From the NCBI GenBank assembly GCA_009698575.1, contig WLPX01000001.1, positions 392,747 to 456,746 on the forward strand: a stretch of DNA of 64,000 nucleotides, in the 5' to 3' direction. The notes under the pieces were generated by a model. The model was not told the origin of the DNA. It worked only from the letters and a program-made list of their open reading frames with translations, and did no database searches. The first letter of the stretch is position 1; every line of letters starts with the position of its first letter. Source of the DNA: Actinomycetota bacterium. Its GTDB lineage: Bacteria > Actinomycetota > Actinomycetes > S36-B12 > UBA5976. Below are positions 35,204 to 44,695 of this stretch, piece after piece. Position numbers and translations under genes: made by a program.

Positions 35204-37357
35204 ATGGCCAACTACCCGCGTAAAGATAAGCATGGACTTATGCGCCTTGTACCTTCTTTACGGCAGATTTTAACCCTGGCATTTCTCGGGGTAGGCACGG
35301 CAGTAATCGCACTAGCTGTTGCGGTAAAAGTTATTGAGGTGCCGCAGCCGAGTCAGATTGCAACTGCACAAACCACAATCTTGTATTACGACGATGGGGT
35401 TACCGAACTTGGCAGGCTCGGTGAAGCTAATCGGGTATCGATTGAATTTGATCAAATTCCATTGCAGACACAGCAAGCAATACTGGCCGCCGAAGATCGA
35501 GAATTTTACAAACATGGTGGATTTTCTCTTCGTGGCATCTCACGAGCAGTATTTACCAACCTGATTGGCGCATCGGGAGTCGCTGGTGGCTCGACAATCA
35601 CGCAGCAGTATGCAAAGAATGCCTACTTAACCCAAGAGCGCACTGTAACTCGAAAGTTAAAAGAATTAGTTCTGTCGATAAAACTCGAAACCATAATTAG
35701 CAAAGATCAGATTCTGCAAGATTACTTAAACACGATTTATTTTGGACGCGGCGCTTACGGAATCGAAACCGCAGCTAATCAATATTTTGGCAAGAGCGTA
35801 AGTCAACTAGATATCTCAGAATCCGCGGTGCTGGCAGCTATAGTTCAGGCACCAAATGGACTGGCGCCAGAAGACAATATCGAAGGACTTACTGCTCGAT
35901 GGAACTATGTACTTGATGGAATGGTGGAACAAGGCTGGATATCCCAAGAAGAGCGGGGCTCCATTACCTTTCCCAACATCAAGCCATACAAACCAATGAA
36001 TGTCTTTGGTGGCCCGCAAGGATACTTAATTGAACAAGTTCGACAAACTATGTATGCCAACGGAATCACCGAAGATCAAATTAACTTAGCTGGCCTGCGA
36101 GTAATTACAACATTTAACAAAACTGCTCAAGATGCAATGATCGCAGCAGTGGCTGAGCAAGGGCCAACGGAAAATATCGAAGGTTTACGAATCGGCGTGG
36201 CATCCGTGCGACCAGAGACTGGCGAAGTGGTTGCCATGTACGGCGGCACAGATTATTTAGAAAACCAATTTAACAATGCCACCCAAATGATTGGCCAGGC
36301 CGGATCTACATTCAAACCATTTACACTTGCAGCTGCTCTTGAAAATGATGTAACCCTAGCAACTACATTCAGTGGAAAAAATAAGACCATGGTTGGGACA
36401 TATGAAGTTGTCAACTATGGAGACAAATCTTTTGGTAAACGAATCACGCTATTGAAGGCAACTGAAAACTCAGTTAACTCAGCATTTGTGGAATTAGCTG
36501 ATTCGATCGGGCTAGAAACGGTTTTCAATGCCGCAAAGCGAGCGGGAATACCAGCAGATGCGGTTGGCATGGAACCAAATTTGGCATTTACGCTAGGAAC
36601 TGCGAGTCCTCATGTTGTTGATATAGCGGCAGCATACGCAACGTTTGCCTCCCGAGGATTACAAGTCGCACCTTCATATATTCGATCCATCACAACTGGT
36701 AATGGCGAAATTGTTTACAAGCTAAATCCAAAACCGGTTCAAGCTTTCAGTACTGACATTGCGGATACAGTGACTTACGCTTTGCAGAAAGTAGTTGAAG
36801 TTGGAACGGGCAAAGCGGCCAAGGCTCTGGGTCGTCCGGTTGCAGGTAAAACAGGAACCACAAATGATAATAAATCTGCATTATTCGCGGGTTACACCCC
36901 GGAATTAGCAACGGCAGTTATGTTTGTTAAAGATGGCCCAGATGGACAACCAGTTTCACTGTCTGGAACAGGTGGCATGACTTCGGTAACGGGCGGATCG
37001 TATCCTGCTCGTATTTTTACGGCTTATATGAAGGCTGCGCTCAGAGACCTTCCAGTTAAAAAGTTTCCAGGCTTGCCATCGGGACAACCAAACGGTGCGC
37101 ACCCAACTGATAGTCCATCCGCCTCTGCCACGCCAACTCTCGTGCCAGCGGAACCAACTATTTTGGATGTAACAAAAAAGATCGACATCGAAGCCATACA
37201 ACTATTGGAAGGGCAAGGCTTGACGGTGGTCACAGTGCTGCAAGCAGGAGCAGTAGATACTCCACCGCTTTATGTAGTGACTCAGGTTCCAGCAGCAGGC
37301 AGTAAATTTGTCTCAGGGAGCACCGTAACGCTTACGTTGTCGAACACCGCACCTTAG
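35204..37357 (+). CDS. ponA: class A penicillin-binding protein (transglycosylase/transpeptidase) with C-terminal PASTA domain
   Basis: 717 aa with an N-terminal TM helix. GT51 motifs EDREFYKHGG and GSTITQQ. Transpeptidase motifs STFK (GSTFKP), SVN and KTGTT. C-terminal PASTA-like region IEAIQLLEGQGLTVVTV... Confidence 0.93.
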   Translation: MANYPRKDKHGLMRLVPSLRQILTLAFLGVGTAVIALAVAVKVIEVPQPSQIATAQTTILYYDDGVTELGRLGEANRVSIEFDQIPLQTQQAILAAEDREFYKHGGFSLRGISRAVFTNLIGASGVAGGSTITQQYAKNAYLTQERTVTRKLKELVLSIKLETIISKDQILQDYLNTIYFGRGAYGIETAANQYFGKSVSQLDISESAVLAAIVQAPNGLAPEDNIEGLTARWNYVLDGMVEQGWISQEERGSITFPNIKPYKPMNVFGGPQGYLIEQVRQTMYANGITEDQINLAGLRVITTFNKTAQDAMIAAVAEQGPTENIEGLRIGVASVRPETGEVVAMYGGTDYLENQFNNATQMIGQAGSTFKPFTLAAALENDVTLATTFSGKNKTMVGTYEVVNYGDKSFGKRITLLKATENSVNSAFVELADSIGLETVFNAAKRAGIPADAVGMEPNLAFTLGTASPHVVDIAAAYATFASRGLQVAPSYIRSITTGNGEIVYKLNPKPVQAFSTDIADTVTYALQKVVEVGTGKAAKALGRPVAGKTGTTNDNKSALFAGYTPELATAVMFVKDGPDGQPVSLSGTGGMTSVTGGSYPARIFTAYMKAALRDLPVKKFPGLPSGQPNGAHPTDSPSASATPTLVPAEPTILDVTKKIDIEAIQLLEGQGLTVVTVLQAGAVDTPPLYVVTQVPAAGSKFVSGSTVTLTLSNTAP

Positions 37358-37360
37358 GTA

Positions 37361-38503
37361 TTAGTCGAGCCCCATCACAAGATCAAAATTTGTTGTAGTG
37401 CTTCGGACGTTACAGATAAGTTGATCACCAACTTTTAGTGACATGTCTTCACTCCAAAGCATAGATACTTGCATATGCGGTGGCTCAGCAAAAAGCAGGT
37501 TCACGCCTTTGTAGCTAAATGGAGACCGAACTTTTCCAAGTGCTTGGGAAACACCTTCAGCTATTGCGATACCACGTTGGCGCATAGATCCAGAAGTATT
37601 TGGTGCCGCTAACGCGACTCCATGGGCAGTACCACCACTTACAACAATTAAACGTTTGTGCCCGTGTCCATCTACTTGCCGATACCCAACTCGTTGATGA
37701 TCTGAAAGCTCATGTATTTCTAGGATGCTTCCTTGCACTTTGCAGGACGAGCTTTCGCCCAACCACAATTTGGTTCCTATGCGGATATCAAAAGTTGAGT
37801 CATAACCATAGTTCTTACACATCAACTTAAGTTCAGTTAAATCAGATGGCGAAACGTGCGACAAACTAATGTGTAGATGGTAACGAGACTTTGCTACTAG
37901 ATCTTGGTAAGCAGCAATCCAATTCCATATTTCAAGTAAACGTCCGGATAGTTTTTTAGAATTTACTGCCTTTGATATTTCTGCTGTGGCATCTATAACT
38001 TTGGCAGGTTCTGATATTGGAAGATGTAGCGCTAATCCCCGAACGGTTAGACCATTAGTGTTACTTACCTTCGAAATCTCTGACGCAGTTAACCCAAAGC
38101 GATTAAGCGAAGTCTTTCCCTCTAGGAAAATTAGCTTGGCGCCGACACTAGCTACACCTGAAAGGTCTAAGTCACTCACGGTAACAATTACCCGACCTGC
38201 ACCGTGTAACAAGATTCGCTGCCAAAGTTCTTTTGCTGCCTGGTCGTTGGCATTGAATGGTTCGAGCACAACAACTTCGCCAGCAAAATCGATTAGTGCT
38301 TGCTCAAGTTCCCAGACAGTTCCAATCGCAATGCGACTAGCGCCTAGACGAGATGCTTCGCGCGCTAAGTTTGCACGGCCAAAGCCGTAACCATTGCCCT
38401 TAATAACTGGAACTAAATCAGCACCCGCTTGGGCATACTGATTCATCACAGAAACCAAGCGCCCGCGGAACTTTGTAGCATCAACAGTTAATGAAAAAGT
38501 CAT
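37361..38503 (-). CDS. alanine-racemase-fold PLP enzyme (divergent Alr-like)
   Basis: 380 aa. PLP-lysine context PVIKGNGYGFG (compare the canonical VVKANAYGHG) and a second-base Tyr context QRVGYRQVD (compare VGYGGRY). Only a 3-nt gap separates it from the upstream femX-like gene. Confidence 0.65.
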   Translation of the reverse strand: MTFSLTVDATKFRGRLVSVMNQYAQAGADLVPVIKGNGYGFGRANLAREASRLGASRIAIGTVWELEQALIDFAGEVVVLEPFNANDQAAKELWQRILLHGAGRVIVTVSDLDLSGVASVGAKLIFLEGKTSLNRFGLTASEISKVSNTNGLTVRGLALHLPISEPAKVIDATAEISKAVNSKKLSGRLLEIWNWIAAYQDLVAKSRYHLHISLSHVSPSDLTELKLMCKNYGYDSTFDIRIGTKLWLGESSSCKVQGSILEIHELSDHQRVGYRQVDGHGHKRLIVVSGGTAHGVALAAPNTSGSMRQRGIAIAEGVSQALGKVRSPFSYKGVNLLFAEPPHMQVSMLWSEDMSLKVGDQLICNVRSTTTNFDLVMGLD

Positions 38504-38506
38504 AAG

Positions 38507-39628
38507 TTATCTACGCCTCGACATATATAGATCGAAGGCTCTTGCCCAAAATGGCGAAAGTACATAATCCCATTCACCCACATATTCTTGCGCGTAACCG
38601 CCAGTTCCGAGTTTGAATTGGATTAAACCGAACAGGGAATTTGTAGGATCTAAGGTGTCAGAAATCCCCCGCATGTCATAAATATTGGCACCAGCGTGCA
38701 ATGCGGTCTTAATCATTTCCCATTGCACTGCATTGCTTGGGCGCAAATCTCTGGCTGCAGTTGTCGAAGCACCGTATGAATACCACGCGTGGTTACCAAC
38801 TCGAGTCATAGTGGTAGCTGCGATTGCACCATTGTGATCAGGATGGCTTGCGATAAACAAGGCAATCCGTTCGAGCGCTTCCTCGCGCATTGCTGACCAC
38901 ATAGTTTGGAAATAGTTAAGTGACCTAGGTGTGAAATGATCTCGCACAGCTGTCTCTACGTAACAAGTGTGGAAAATATCTAAGTCCGTAATAGTTCCTT
39001 GCCTAATGGAAACGAGTTCCTTTTCAGCTTTGCGAATGTTACGTCGCCACTGTTGATTAAAACCTTCAAAAATTTGTTCCTCAGATTTTCCGGCGAGCGA
39101 AATTTGAAATACATATCGAGGTTGGTAATCTCCGAAACCAGATGCTTCTGCTTTACGTTGTTTCCAGCCGAGTGCTTTTAGTTGATCAATTAACTTTGTC
39201 CCGGAGTCATTTACTTCGTCAGGATTGACTTCACCAATGAACTTGGCCGATTCATTCGCTATCACTTCTTTTAATGTGTCGGCATGCCAACGCTTTACCC
39301 AAGTATGCGGACCCATCTTGATTTGAAATACTCCACGTTCATTTGCAAACTGCACTAAGGCTTGTAATGCACGCTCAACTTCGGCAGGCGACTGCCAAGC
39401 TAAATCTGGGCCTTCAGGTAAATAAGCTAAGTATTTTTCAATGCGTGGAACTTTGCGTAACAGAATTAATCCGGCGCCGACTAGTTGATCACCATCGAAC
39501 CAACCCAAAGATTGGGAAGTCCAACCAGCTTTAGTTTTACCCCAAGCTGGTGTTTGCAAAAACGACACACTTGGTCGACCTGCGATGTATGCCAGGTGCT
39601 TCTCGGAACTTATTTGGCGAACCTGCAC
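38507..39628 (-). CDS. FemA/FemB/FemX-family peptidoglycan interpeptide-bridge aminoacyltransferase
   Basis: 373 aa with a GTG start. N-terminal SFLQTPAWGKTKAGWTSQSLGWFDGDQLVGAGLILLRKVP and C-terminal YSYGASTTAARDLRPSNAVQWEMI...GANIYDMRGI are typical of the FemABX family. Confidence 0.8.
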   Translation of the reverse strand: MQVRQISSEKHLAYIAGRPSVSFLQTPAWGKTKAGWTSQSLGWFDGDQLVGAGLILLRKVPRIEKYLAYLPEGPDLAWQSPAEVERALQALVQFANERGVFQIKMGPHTWVKRWHADTLKEVIANESAKFIGEVNPDEVNDSGTKLIDQLKALGWKQRKAEASGFGDYQPRYVFQISLAGKSEEQIFEGFNQQWRRNIRKAEKELVSIRQGTITDLDIFHTCYVETAVRDHFTPRSLNYFQTMWSAMREEALERIALFIASHPDHNGAIAATTMTRVGNHAWYSYGASTTAARDLRPSNAVQWEMIKTALHAGANIYDMRGISDTLDPTNSLFGLIQFKLGTGGYAQEYVGEWDYVLSPFWARAFDLYMSRRR

Positions 39629-39673
39629 GTTCTAAATCTACCGATGCTGTTAGGGAACTGAGTGGATTGAGTT

Positions 39674-40453
39674 TTAAAGCGCTTTACGTAAGAGTGCTAA
39701 ATCTGCGGCAACACCATCGAAAGGTGTTTCCAGCACAATCGGTGCGTTTGCTGTCTTTAAGCAATTGATGATGTTGTCCATTCCGACTGACCCTGCACCC
39801 AAATTTGCGTGACGGTCAGCCCCAGAATCAAATGCGCCTTGACTGTCATTGCAATGAATCAAATCGATGCGGCCTGTAATTCCTAAAATTGTGTCGGCAA
39901 CTTGTCCCATATCAATACCACCGGCATGTGCGTGACAAGTATCTAAACAAAATCCAACACCGGTGTCACCGACTGCGCCCCATAACGCCTTAATTGATTC
40001 CAACCGTCGCGCCATTGAATTCTTGCCACCTGCAGTGTTTTCGATCAGAACAGGAACTTTCATGTCCAGTTGTGCCAAAGCTTTAACCCAGTTATCAACG
40101 CCGGCTTGGGGATCATCGCCATCAGTTACGTGGCCACCATGAACAATCACGGCTTTGGCACCAACGGAGGCAGCCGCATCAACATCGGTCTGTAGTAACT
40201 TTCGGCTCGGGATCCGCACCTTGTTATTAGTTGTAGCCACGTTAATGATGTAACGCGCATGAATATAGATTCCGATATTGGCGGCAGTCGCACTGGCGCG
40301 TAACCCCTCAGCACCATCCGCGTGGGGGATTATGGAACCTTTCCAACCCTGGGGATCAGCCAAGAAAATCTGAATATGGTCTAAACCCAGTTCTTTAGCT
40401 TGGGCAATCGGGTCGCCGCCGCCAACGTGTGAACCGATCGCTAGTTTTCCCAT
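39674..40453 (-). CDS. nfo: deoxyribonuclease IV (endonuclease IV, AP endonuclease family 2)
   Basis: 259 aa TIM-barrel protein. Metal-ligand contexts: IGSHV, IHARYIINVA, VIVHGG, CLDTCHAHAGG, and LIHCNDSQGAFDSGADRHANLG. Confidence 0.88.
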   Translation of the reverse strand: MGKLAIGSHVGGGDPIAQAKELGLDHIQIFLADPQGWKGSIIPHADGAEGLRASATAANIGIYIHARYIINVATTNNKVRIPSRKLLQTDVDAAASVGAKAVIVHGGHVTDGDDPQAGVDNWVKALAQLDMKVPVLIENTAGGKNSMARRLESIKALWGAVGDTGVGFCLDTCHAHAGGIDMGQVADTILGITGRIDLIHCNDSQGAFDSGADRHANLGAGSVGMDNIINCLKTANAPIVLETPFDGVAADLALLRKAL

Positions 40454-40561
40454 GAAATAAGGTTACTTGGCTGGTCTTTGGCCAACTTGGTCGCCCATTT
40501 CTAGACTGTGCACAAGGTTTTTTTGTGCCCCAAAAATGCCCTAGACTAAAGGTTCTTGATC

Positions 40562-40604
40562 CCTCCTGCCACGGAAAGACCGTGGCCGATTAGTCCACAG
40601 GAGG
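40562..40604 (+). promoter_or_regulatory. candidate rpsF leader: helix sequestering the Shine-Dalgarno sequence around an inner hairpin
   Basis: CCTCCTG (40562-40568) is complementary to CAGGAGG (40598-40604, the rpsF SD). These enclose the hairpin CCACGG-aaaga-CCGTGG (40569-40585). Possible promoter hexamers TTGGCC/TAGACT lie upstream, near 40478-40507. Confidence 0.4.
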
Positions 40605-40615
40605 TGGGTATCAGT

Positions 40616-40906
40616 ATGCGTCACTACGAAGTTGTAGTAATCCTCGATCCCGAGCTCGAAGAGCGAACAGTTGCACCATCACTTGATGCGTTTTTAAACG
40701 TAGTCAAGACCGATGGCGGCACAGTTGGCAAAGTCGATATCTGGGGTCGCCGCCGTTTGGCTTATGAAATCAACAAAAAGGGTGAAGGAATCTACGCCCT
40801 ACTTGATGTCAATTGCTCACCAGCAGCAGTTGCCGAACTCGATCGTCAGTTGGGACTTAATGAATCAGTGCTTCGCACTAAAGTCATGCGTCTCGACGTG
40901 AAGTAG
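40616..40906 (+). CDS. rpsF: 30S ribosomal protein S6
   Basis: 96 aa starting [15 protein letters not shown] at ATG 40616, with GGAGGTGGG 7 nt upstream. The track ORF from 40556 is an unsupported N-terminal extension. Confidence 0.95.
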   Translation: MRHYEVVVILDPELEERTVAPSLDAFLNVVKTDGGTVGKVDIWGRRRLAYEINKKGEGIYALLDVNCSPAAVAELDRQLGLNESVLRTKVMRLDVK

Positions 40907-40915
40907 AGGTCAGTC

Positions 40916-41380
40916 ATGGCACAAGGCGATGTAGTAGTAACAGTTATCGGAAACCTAACTGGTGATCCAGAACTGCGCTTCACTCCAAACGGCCAAGCAG
41001 TTGCTTCATTTACTGTAGCTTCCACAACTCGAGTGCTTGATCGCACTTCGAATGAATGGAAAGACGGAGACACTCTGTTTCTTCGCTGCAGTGTTTGGCG
41101 TCAATATGCAGAAAACGTAGCCGAGTCCTTAACAAAGGGAACTCGCGTTATTGTTACTGGTCGCTTAAAGCAGCGTTCATATGAAACTAAGGAAGGCGAA
41201 AAGCGCACCGTAGTTGAAATGGATGTTGATGATGTCGGTCCAGCACTAAAGAATGCAACCGCAAAAGTCAATCGCGTTGCTCGTACCGACAGCGGTTACA
41301 CCGCAGGCGGCGGCGCAGCAGCACCATCTGACGATCCATGGGCAGCACCTGCACCAGCAGGAGACGAGCCTCCGTTCTAA
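40916..41380 (+). CDS. ssb: single-stranded DNA-binding protein
   Basis: 154 aa with an OB fold ([28 protein letters not shown]), a Gly/Ala/Pro-rich tail, and the terminal DEPPF. Confidence 0.96.
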   Translation: MAQGDVVVTVIGNLTGDPELRFTPNGQAVASFTVASTTRVLDRTSNEWKDGDTLFLRCSVWRQYAENVAESLTKGTRVIVTGRLKQRSYETKEGEKRTVVEMDVDDVGPALKNATAKVNRVARTDSGYTAGGGAAAPSDDPWAAPAPAGDEPPF

Positions 41381-41458
41381 CGAACACCTTTTTCATCCAC
41401 CTCAACATTTGTTGAACAACCATTCCGGATAGAACCGGGCTTCCTAAGGAGCACCACA

Positions 41459-41695
41459 ATGGCTAAGCCACCAATCAAGAAATTCAAGCCGAAGGTTTGT
41501 GCATTCTGTAGCAAAAATGCTGCAGTAATTGACTACAAAGATATTCCAACCTTGCGCAAGTTCATTTCTGATCGCGGCAAGATTCGCGCTCGTCGAGTAA
41601 CAGGTAACTGCACTCAGCATCAGCGCGATATTGCAAACGCAGTAAAGAACGCGCGTGAAATCGCATTACTTCCATACACCTCAACAGCACGATAA
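41459..41695 (+). CDS. rpsR: 30S ribosomal protein S18
   Basis: 78 aa. Contains CAFC...IDYKD...[36 protein letters not shown]. Confidence 0.96.
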   Translation: MAKPPIKKFKPKVCAFCSKNAAVIDYKDIPTLRKFISDRGKIRARRVTGNCTQHQRDIANAVKNAREIALLPYTSTAR

Positions 41696-41708
41696 GGAGA
41701 GATGACTT

Positions 41709-42152
41709 ATGAAACTAATTTTGACTCAAGAAGTCTCCGGCCTTGGTGGTGCGGGAGATGTTGTAGACGTAAAGCCTGGCTTTGGTCGTAACTTTCTAGT
41801 TCCACAGGGTCTGGCAACTGCCTGGACTCGCGGTGGCGAAAAGCAAGTTACCCAGATCAAGCGCGCACGCAACAAGCGTTCTGTTCGCGATTTAGATCAT
41901 GCACTTGAAATCAAAGCTGCGCTAGAAGCCGCACCTATCGTAATTTCAGCTCGCGCTGGTAGCGAAGGTCGACTATTTGGATCAATCACAGTTGGCGACA
42001 TCGCATCTTCAATTCGCGTTGTAGATGTTGATAAGCGCAAGATTGTGCTTGCTTCACCTATCAAGACCACAGGTCGTCATGAAGTTTCAGTTCGCCTACA
42101 TGCAGATGTATTAGCAACTGTTGCACTAGACGTTCGAGGCAGCAAGAAGTAA
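41709..42152 (+). CDS. rplI: 50S ribosomal protein L9
   Basis: 147 aa. Starts [36 protein letters not shown]. Confidence 0.96.
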   Translation: MKLILTQEVSGLGGAGDVVDVKPGFGRNFLVPQGLATAWTRGGEKQVTQIKRARNKRSVRDLDHALEIKAALEAAPIVISARAGSEGRLFGSITVGDIASSIRVVDVDKRKIVLASPIKTTGRHEVSVRLHADVLATVALDVRGSKK

Positions 42153-42164
42153 TACTTTCTAACT

Positions 42165-42196
42165 AAAAATGCCCGCGAGCGATCGTGGGCATTTTT
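42165..42196 (+). terminator. rho-independent terminator after rplI
   Basis: AAAAATGCCCGCGA-gcga-TCGTGGGCATTTTT: a 10-bp GC-rich stem with a 3' T-run and a 5' A-run, so it could act bidirectionally. Confidence 0.8.
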
Positions 42197-42272
42197 AGTT
42201 TCGGATAGTTTTTAAGATCTCTTTAATTGCACCGTTTCGCTAGAACTGAAAAGGTGTGCAAGAATTATCGAC

Positions 42273-42791
42273 ATGACATCAATTATGACTTTGCATACAA
42301 ATCACGGCGACATCAACATCAACATCTTTGATAATCACGCTCCGAAAACAGTAAAAAACATCCTTGGTTTAGCCGATGGATCGGTGGAATGGACGCACCC
42401 GGCAACTGGCGCCAAATCAAATGACCCGCTTTACAACGGAACTGTTTTTCATCGCATCATTCCTGGTTTCATGATTCAAGCTGGTGACCCATTAGGTCAA
42501 GGTACTGGCGGACCAGGTTTCAAATTTGAAGACGAGCCACACCCAGAATTAGTTTTTGACCGTCCTTACTTGTTGGCAATGGCTAACGCTGGACCAAATA
42601 CCAATGGTTCCCAATTCTTTATTACTGTTGCCCCGACTGCTTGGCTTAATTTCAAGCACACCATTTTTGGTGAAGTTGCAGATCAAGCCGGCCGAGATGC
42701 CGTAGACGCGATTGCCAACGTTCCAACTGGACAAATGGATCGCCCAGTGAACGACGTTGTGATCGAAAGCGTCACCGTTACTAGAGGCTGA
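42273..42791 (+). CDS. ppiA: peptidyl-prolyl cis-trans isomerase (cyclophilin type)
   Basis: 172 aa. Contains FHRIIPGFMIQAGDP and GPNTNGSQFFIT. Confidence 0.95.
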   Translation: MTSIMTLHTNHGDININIFDNHAPKTVKNILGLADGSVEWTHPATGAKSNDPLYNGTVFHRIIPGFMIQAGDPLGQGTGGPGFKFEDEPHPELVFDRPYLLAMANAGPNTNGSQFFITVAPTAWLNFKHTIFGEVADQAGRDAVDAIANVPTGQMDRPVNDVVIESVTVTRG

Positions 42792-42793
42792 TC

Positions 42794-43612
42794 TTGTCGA
42801 ACACTTGTTATCGACATACCGACAGCGAGGCTTATGTTTCGTGCGGACGTTGTGATCGAAAGATTTGTCCTGACTGCATGATCAATGCACCAGTTGGCTT
42901 CCAATGTCCAGAGTGTGTTTCTGCAGCTCGAGTAGCGATGCCAAAGAATCGATTCGGCGGATCTTTCAATACAGTGCCTACGGTTACTCGTTACATTTTG
43001 ATTACTTGCGTCAGCATATTCTTATTGTCACTTCTACTAGGTGGCACCAGAAGTTTCGCGATCAGTTTTGGCATGATCCCATCGGCAATTGCGCAAGGTG
43101 AGTGGTGGCGCTTGCTCACCTCAACTTTGCTACATGGCAGCATTTTGCATTTGTTGTTCAACATGTATGCGCTCTATTGGCTGGGTCCGCAATTAGAGCG
43201 GGTACTTGGCCATACAAGATTCGCTGCGTTATATGTTCTGTCAGCCTTGGGTGGATCCGTGGCCTCCTATTGGTTTTCGGAGTTACTAACTGTTTCAGTG
43301 GGAGCAAGCGGTGCGATTTTTGGCTTGATCACAGCAACCATTGTGATTGGTCGGGAAATGCGAACAGACGTTTCTCAGCTAGTGGTGCTTTTGGGAATCA
43401 ACGTGGTGATTGGATTTGCGCAGCCGGGTATCGACTGGCGGGCACATTTTGGCGGCGCAGTTACTGGCGCTGCCGTGGCCTTTTTATTCACTAAGGGAAC
43501 TCGGCTCAATCGGGATCGAATTCATCGTGCTGGGTTGGCTGGCATCTTTGTCTTTTTGATGCTGGCGACGATGGTTCGAAATGCCCAGGTGTCTGCGTTG
43601 CTAGGAATCTGA
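42794..43612 (+). CDS. rhomboid-family intramembrane serine protease with N-terminal zinc ribbon
   Basis: 272 aa. Zinc-ribbon cysteines CGRCDRKICPDC...CPEC, followed by WRLLTSTLLHGSILHLLFNM and the catalytic GASGAIFG. Confidence 0.9.
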   Translation: MSNTCYRHTDSEAYVSCGRCDRKICPDCMINAPVGFQCPECVSAARVAMPKNRFGGSFNTVPTVTRYILITCVSIFLLSLLLGGTRSFAISFGMIPSAIAQGEWWRLLTSTLLHGSILHLLFNMYALYWLGPQLERVLGHTRFAALYVLSALGGSVASYWFSELLTVSVGASGAIFGLITATIVIGREMRTDVSQLVVLLGINVVIGFAQPGIDWRAHFGGAVTGAAVAFLFTKGTRLNRDRIHRAGLAGIFVFLMLATMVRNAQVSALLGI

Positions 43613-43660
43613 GCAGCCAGAGATTGACTAGAAGTCGAAATATGCGGGTAAGGTTTGACT

Positions 43661-43927
43661 ATGCCTAAGTCCAAGTCCCGCAAGACTAAAGAACCTGCTT
43701 ACACACCACCGCCAGCTAAGGTGCCCGAGTCCTTCAAGGTCGGAAATCCAGTCTGGTTAGCGCCAACCATGGTGACAATGTTCATTTTGGGACTGCTGTG
43801 GATAGTGGTGTTTTACTTGGTGGGTAGCCAAGTTCCATTTATGTCAGATTTTGGGAACCTCACTAATGTCTTGATTGGCTTTGGCTTTATTGGAGTTGGA
43901 TTTGCCCTGGCAACTCGCTGGCGGTAA
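43661..43927 (+). CDS. crgA: cell division protein CrgA
   Basis: 88 aa from ATG 43661 (GGTAAGG upstream). The track starts two codons earlier at TTG 43655. Starts MPKSKSRK, then two TM helices (WLAPTMVTMFILGLLWIVVFYL and LIGFGFIGVGFALATRW). Confidence 0.88.
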   Translation: MPKSKSRKTKEPAYTPPPAKVPESFKVGNPVWLAPTMVTMFILGLLWIVVFYLVGSQVPFMSDFGNLTNVLIGFGFIGVGFALATRWR

Positions 43928-43966
43928 ATAACATGGATGTAATTCCTCCCCAGCAGTGGACAACCT

Positions 43967-44677
43967 GTGGATAAGTCAAAGAAGGGTTTTTCCCGTCGGA
44001 CTAAAACCATCTTGGTTACTGGATCTGCGGCAGTAGCCGGATTTCTGTTCGTTGCCAGTGGCATTACCGCAGATGGCACCAATTTACGAACTGGCGGTCT
44101 GGAAGATTTACGAAGCCTAGTCCTTGATCGTGCCAATAAAGTTGCAGTTTTACAAAACCAAGTCGATGTACTGGCAACTGAAGTCAATGACTTAGCAATA
44201 ACCAAAGTGGATCCAGCCCTGAGTTCCCAAATATCTAGACTCGAGCAAGTTGCAGGGTTGGCGCCAGTGACGGGATCAGCTTTGGAAATTACGCTAGATG
44301 ATGCACCTCGCGAGTCGGGCGCTGCCCTGCCGAACAATGCCGCACCGGATGATTTAGTAGTGCACCAACAAGATGTGCAAGCAGTAGTTAACGCGATGTG
44401 GCGTGGCGGTGCAACTGCAGTGCAAGTCATGGACCAACGCATCATTTCTACATCAGCAATTCGGTGTGTAGGAAATACCTTGTTATTGCAAGGACAGGTT
44501 TATAGCCCGCCATTTGTAATAAAGGCAGTGGGCAATACTTCAGATTTGCAGCAGGCGCTTAATGACGAACCTGGCGTTGCTTTATATAGAGAGTATGTAG
44601 ATCGATTTAATTTAGGCTGGAAAGTTGCGATTTTAAATAAAACAACGATTTCTTCTTGGCAAGGTGCACTGGAGTAG
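43967..44677 (+). CDS. DUF881-family membrane-anchored protein (Rv0012-like, cell-envelope/division associated)
   Basis: 236 aa with an N-terminal TM helix, a coiled coil (VAVLQNQVDVLATEVNDL), and a C-terminal GPGLEITLDD-type region (GSALEITLDD). It follows crgA. Confidence 0.7.
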   Translation: MDKSKKGFSRRTKTILVTGSAAVAGFLFVASGITADGTNLRTGGLEDLRSLVLDRANKVAVLQNQVDVLATEVNDLAITKVDPALSSQISRLEQVAGLAPVTGSALEITLDDAPRESGAALPNNAAPDDLVVHQQDVQAVVNAMWRGGATAVQVMDQRIISTSAIRCVGNTLLLQGQVYSPPFVIKAVGNTSDLQQALNDEPGVALYREYVDRFNLGWKVAILNKTTISSWQGALE

Positions 44678-44695
44678 TTTTACTCCGAACCTAAA

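Noticed and set aside
40556-40615. 20-codon N-terminal extension of rpsF in the ORF track
   Set aside because: S6 proteins start MRHYE. A strong SD (GGAGGTGGG) precedes ATG 40616, and the extension covers the leader helix.
43813-44445. 210-aa minus-strand ORF overlapping crgA and the DUF881 gene
   Set aside because: It has no motif and a Ser/Thr/Arg/Pro-rich composition. It lies antisense to two genes with good starts and conserved synteny.
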